Part shown: one piece after another, positions 60,849 through 64,000 of the stretch | Layout: the number at the start of each line of letters is the position of its first letter | Numbering within the stretch: position 1 is the stretch's first letter | Source: Candidatus Eiseniibacteriota bacterium | Lineage (GTDB): Bacteria > Eisenbacteria > RBG-16-71-46 | Length of the DNA: 64,000 bases | Assembly (NCBI GenBank): GCA_963717935.1 | Contig: CAVQXP010000004.1 | Span: 1,369,280 to 1,433,279 of the forward strand | Direction of reading: 5' to 3' | Notes under the pieces: generated by a model | Seen by the model: only the letters and a program-made list of their open reading frames with translations | Databases searched by the model: none | Told to the model about the DNA's origin: nothing | Position numbers and translations under genes: made by a program

Positions 60849-61549
60849 TTGCCGTGACGATGAGTTCGCTGTGGGACCCGATCACCCGGTTTCTGCAGCG
60901 GAGCGAGGGCCTGCTGCCCGTGTTGCTGGCCATCGCCATCGTGCTGGTGGCCGGCCTGCTGCTGGCCTGGCTGGCCGACGCGCTGTTGCGCTGGGTCCTG
61001 AGGGCCGCTGGTTTCGACCGCATCGCGCACCGCCCGCGCGTGTCGGATTCGCTGCGCCGCGCCGGCCTGCGGCAGCAGCCGTCCGTGCTGGTGGGGCAGC
61101 TGGTCCGCTGGCTGATCGTGATCCTGACGCTGCTCGGCGCTCTGTCGATCCTGAGCGCCGAGGCGACCGATGTCGTGCTCGCTGCGATGGTGACCTACCT
61201 GCCGCGACTCGTCGCGGGCTTGCTCCTGCTCGTGGCCGGCTACGCCGTGAGCATCTTCGCGGGGCGCAGCGTCCTGATCTGGTCGGTCAACGCGCGGGTC
61301 CAGGGTGCGCGCTGGCTGGCCGGCGGCGTGCGGCTGCTGGTGGGCATCTTCTTCGCCGCGCTGGCACTGGAGAACCTGGGGTTCGGGCGTGACATCGCGC
61401 TGGTGGTGCTGGCGATCCTGCTCGGCGGGGGCGTGCTCGCAGCCGCCCTGGCCTATGGGCTGGCCGGCAAGGACCTCGCCCGCCAGTCCCTCGATCGCAT
61501 GACTCGCGAGGCCCGTGGCGAGGATGACGAGACGCTGTCCCACCTCTAG
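60845..61549 (+). CDS. MscS-related 'conserved TM helix' repeat membrane protein (paralogue of 42729..43528)
   Basis: ATG 60845 (MIAVTMSSLWDPITRF...) inside ORF 60596..61549; repeated TM-helix pairs; 234 aa. Confidence 0.6.
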   Translation: MIAVTMSSLWDPITRFLQRSEGLLPVLLAIAIVLVAGLLLAWLADALLRWVLRAAGFDRIAHRPRVSDSLRRAGLRQQPSVLVGQLVRWLIVILTLLGALSILSAEATDVVLAAMVTYLPRLVAGLLLLVAGYAVSIFAGRSVLIWSVNARVQGARWLAGGVRLLVGIFFAALALENLGFGRDIALVVLAILLGGGVLAAALAYGLAGKDLARQSLDRMTREARGEDDETLSHL

Positions 61550-61564
61550 TCCGGAGGTCGCGCC

Positions 61565-62775
61565 ATGAGCGATTTCTTCCAGAACGGCGTCATCACGACG
61601 CTGCACCGGCTCGGCTCGGCTCCGCCCGACAAGATCGAGGCGGAACTGCGTCTGCACAGCCGCACCAACCCGGTCACCCTGATCATCCCGTGCCTCATCA
61701 CCGAGCTCGAGCGGCACGCGATTCGCAAGATCGTGGAGGAGTTGACGAAGGTCGACTACCTGGACGAGATCGTGATCCCGATCGGGCGGGCGGACCGGTC
61801 ATCAGTTCGAGTATGCCCGCCGCTTCTTCGCGCCGCTGGGATCGCGTTGCCGGCTCGATCTGGATCGAAGGCGAGAGGGTCCAGGACTTCATCCGGCTGC
61901 TGCTCGACAACCGGCTCGACATCGGGCCCCCCGGCAAGGGGCGCGCCACCTGGCTCTCCATCGGCTACGTGCTGGCCGGCAATCGCAGCAAGGCCATCGC
62001 GCTCCACGACGCGGACATCGTTTCCTTCGATCGGTCGCTGGTCGGCCGGCTCTGCTACCCGCTGGTGCATCCCAGTCTCGGCTACGAGTACTCGAAGGGC
62101 TACTACGCCCGCGTGACCGATCGCCTGCACGGACGGGTCACGCGGCTGTTCCTCACGCCGCTGGTCCGGTCGCTGATCCAGGTCGTCGGATCGGTGCCCT
62201 TCCTGCGATACCTCGACAGCTTCCGCTACCCTCTGTCGGGGGAGTTCGCGATGCATGCGGACCTCGCCCGCTACGTCCGCATCCCGGGGGACTGGGGACT
62301 GGAGATCGGGATGCTCGCCGAGGTCTACCGGAACACCTCCCTGCGCCGGGTCTGTCAGGTGGACGTGGCCGAGAACTACGAGCACAAACACCAGGCCCTC
62401 TCGCAGGACGATGCTTCGGGCGGCCTCAACCGCATGTCGGGGGACATCTGCAAGTCGGTGCTGCGGACGCTGGCCATGGAGGGAGTGGTCTTCGGGCCGG
62501 GGTTCTACACCACGCTCAAGGTGACCTACCTGCGGCACGCCCAGGACGCCATCCGCAGCTACCACGACGATGCGGTGACCAATGGTCTGCTGTTCGACCG
62601 CCACTCCGAGACGATGGCGGTGGAGGTGTTCCTCAACGCCCTCGAGCGGGGCTGCGAGGAGTTCGAGCGGGCCCCGCTGGCGCTGACCGGGCTGCCCAAC
62701 TGGAACCGGGTCACGTCCGCGATCCCGGACTTCCTCCCGCGCTATCGCGAGGCGATCGATGCCGACAACGCCTAG
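61565..62775 (+). pseudogene. Mannosyl-3-phosphoglycerate synthase-like glycosyltransferase (MpgS/GT55-type) with two closely spaced frameshifts near codon 80
   Basis: N-terminus MSDFFQNGVITTLHRL...IVIPIGRADR (ORF 61565..62116 frame), short third-frame segment HQFEYARRFFAPLGSR, then SIWIEGERVQDFIRLL...GRATWLSIGYVLAGNRSKAIALHDADIVSF...GRVTRLFLTPLV...SGEFAMHADLARYVRIPGDWGLEIGML (ORF 61690..62775 frame); similarity to archaeal/Thermus MpgS recalled from memory. Confidence 0.45.
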
Positions 62776-63647
62776 CCCGCGCCCCGCTCCGGGCCTGGTG
62801 GTGTTCACCGACCTGGACGGGACGCTGCTCCGCCACGAGGACTACGATTGGTCCGCGGCGCGGGAGGCCCTGGCCGAGCTGGCGCGGCGCCGCGTCCCGC
62901 TGGTGATCGCGAGCAGCAAGACGCGCGCCGAGATCGAGGCATGGCGACGCCGGATCGGGAATCAGGATCCATTCATCAGCGAGAACGGAGGCGCGCTCTA
63001 CGTGCCGCCCGGCTCGGTGCCGCGGCCCGATCCCGGGGAGCGTGCCCGCGGAAGGGTATCTGCGCGTCGAGTTCGGCACGCCGTACGCCCGTCTGCGCGA
63101 TGCCCTGAAGCTCCTGGCCCGCGACCTCGGGGTCGGCATGAAGGGATTCGGCGACATGGAAGCCGGCGAGATCGCGCGCCTGACCGGGCTGTCCGGCGAG
63201 GACCTCGATCTCGCCCGGCGCGGGAGTACGACGAGCCCTTCGTGCCGGAAGGCCCGTGGCGCGGCGCAGGAGGAGGCCCGACTGGAGGAGATGGCCGGCG
63301 CGCTCGGCCTGCGGGTGACGCGCGGCGGCCGCTTCCACCACCTGATCGGCCCGAACAGCAAGGGCGAGGCGGCCCGTCTCCTGATGTCGGGCTACCGGGC
63401 GGGCAGCGAGTCCGTCGCGTCGCTCGGTCTGGGCGACGGTCCCAACGATCTGGAGCTGCTGCTGGCCGTGGACCACCCGGTCGTGGTGGCCCGTCCCGAC
63501 GGCACGCACGCGCCCGAGCTGCGGGCCGGGACTGCCGCCGCACGCGCACTTCACTCGCGGAGCGGGCCCGGAGGGGTTCGCGGAGGCGGTGCTCGATTGT
63601 CTGGCGCGGCTCCCGTAGCACCTCCTCGCCGATCGCGCTATGGGTAG
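62759..63647 (+). pseudogene. mpgP: Mannosyl-3-phosphoglycerate phosphatase MpgP (HAD-IIB, YedP family) with ≥3 frameshifts
   Basis: ATG 62759 overlapping upstream gene. The first segment is LVVFTDLDGTLL...LVIASSKTRAEIEAWRRRIG...ENGGALYVP. The protein then continues in the ORF 63042..63647 frame as YLRVEFGTPYARLRDALKLLARDLGVGMKGFGDMEAGEIARLTGL, ...EEARLEEMAGALGLRVTRGGRFHHLIGPNSKGEAARLL and LGLGDGPNDLELLLAVDHPVVV. A short EYDEPFVPEG segment lies in a third frame. Confidence 0.6.
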
Positions 63648-64000
63648 GCGAGCGCGACGACCAGGTCGTTGACGTTGGTCCCGCTCGGGCCCGTGACCCA
63701 CAGGTCCCCGAGGGCCTCGAAGAAGGGCGCGGTGTCGCTGTCGGCGAGGGCCTGGTGCGCCGAGCGGCCGAGGGCCGCGGCGCGCGCCAGCGAGTCCCCC
63801 GTGGCGATGGCCCCCGCCGCTCCGCTCGATCCGTCCGCTCCGTCGGTGGCGAAGCTGAAGACGGCTGCGCGCGGGCAGCCGTCGAGCGCCAGCGCGGCAC
63901 CGAGCGCCAGCTCCAGGTTGCGCCCTCCGCGTCCGTGCCCGCGCACCGTCACGGTCGTCTCGCCTCCCAGCACCAGGCAACCCGGCGGGGGGAACGGGAG
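63638..64000 (-). CDS. Glycerate kinase (MOFRL/GckA family), C-terminal part; start beyond window end
   Basis: GGETTVTVRGHGRGGRNLELALGAALAL...FATDGADGSSGAAGAI...TGPSGTNVNDLVVALAYP* on minus strand; stop at 63638. Confidence 0.7.
   Translation of the reverse strand, partial: LPFPPPGCLVLGGETTVTVRGHGRGGRNLELALGAALALDGCPRAAVFSFATDGADGSSGAAGAIATGDSLARAAALGRSAHQALADSDTAPFFEALGDLWVTGPSGTNVNDLVVALAYP

Noticed and set aside
1-64000. CRISPR arrays, tRNA/rRNA genes, integrons, toxin-antitoxin or restriction-modification/defence systems
   Set aside because: No direct-repeat/spacer periodicity, no tRNA-like cloverleaf regions or rRNA-like conserved stretches, and no nuclease/helicase/methyltransferase-type proteins were seen by eye

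Overview
This window is a ~70% GC bacterial chromosomal segment carrying two large functional blocks. No rRNA, tRNA or CRISPR array was recognised, and no toxin or defence system was seen.

The first block (about 1-33 kb) is a large cell-surface polysaccharide (EPS/O-antigen-type) biosynthesis locus. It contains:
- a carbamoyltransferase / SxtJ-like / SGNH-hydrolase / DUF5989 cassette at the 5' edge, partly cut by the window start;
- an intact IS21-family element (istA-istB) inserted just downstream of the cassette;
- many GT2 and GT4 glycosyltransferases;
- a Wzx flippase, a Wzy/O-antigen-ligase-like protein and a further polytopic membrane protein;
- a monotopic phosphoglycosyltransferase;
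- a divergently arranged pair of GtrB/DPM1-like polyprenyl-phosphate glycosyltransferases;
- a four-gene UDP-2-acetamido-2,6-dideoxy-L-hexose module (FnlA/CapE-like dehydratase, RmlD-like reductase, WecB-like 2-epimerase, plus a 4-epimerase);
- an unusual pair: a Cys-less asparagine-synthetase-like enzyme, and a fusion of a PqqD-like (RRE-type) domain with a PIG-L/LmbE-type deacetylase.

The second block (about 33-64 kb) is a carbohydrate-storage and osmoadaptation region. It contains:
- ManC, a SPOR lipoprotein, a degenerate GlgC/GlgD-like protein, GalT and GlgA;
- a ClC channel, a cation/H+ antiporter with a LysR regulator, HPF and MscS;
- two otsB paralogues, a TPR protein and an eRF1-like protein;
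- a four-gene sugar ABC importer;
- a partial glycerate kinase at the window end.

A striking pattern in the second block is that every sugar-osmolyte synthase gene is broken by multiple 1-nt frameshifts, while all interleaved transport, channel and regulatory genes are intact. The affected genes are treT, otsA, a GT81-like gene, an MpgS-like gene and mpgP.

A G7 homopolymer sits exactly at a GT4/GT4 gene junction and abolishes the expected overlapping stop codon.
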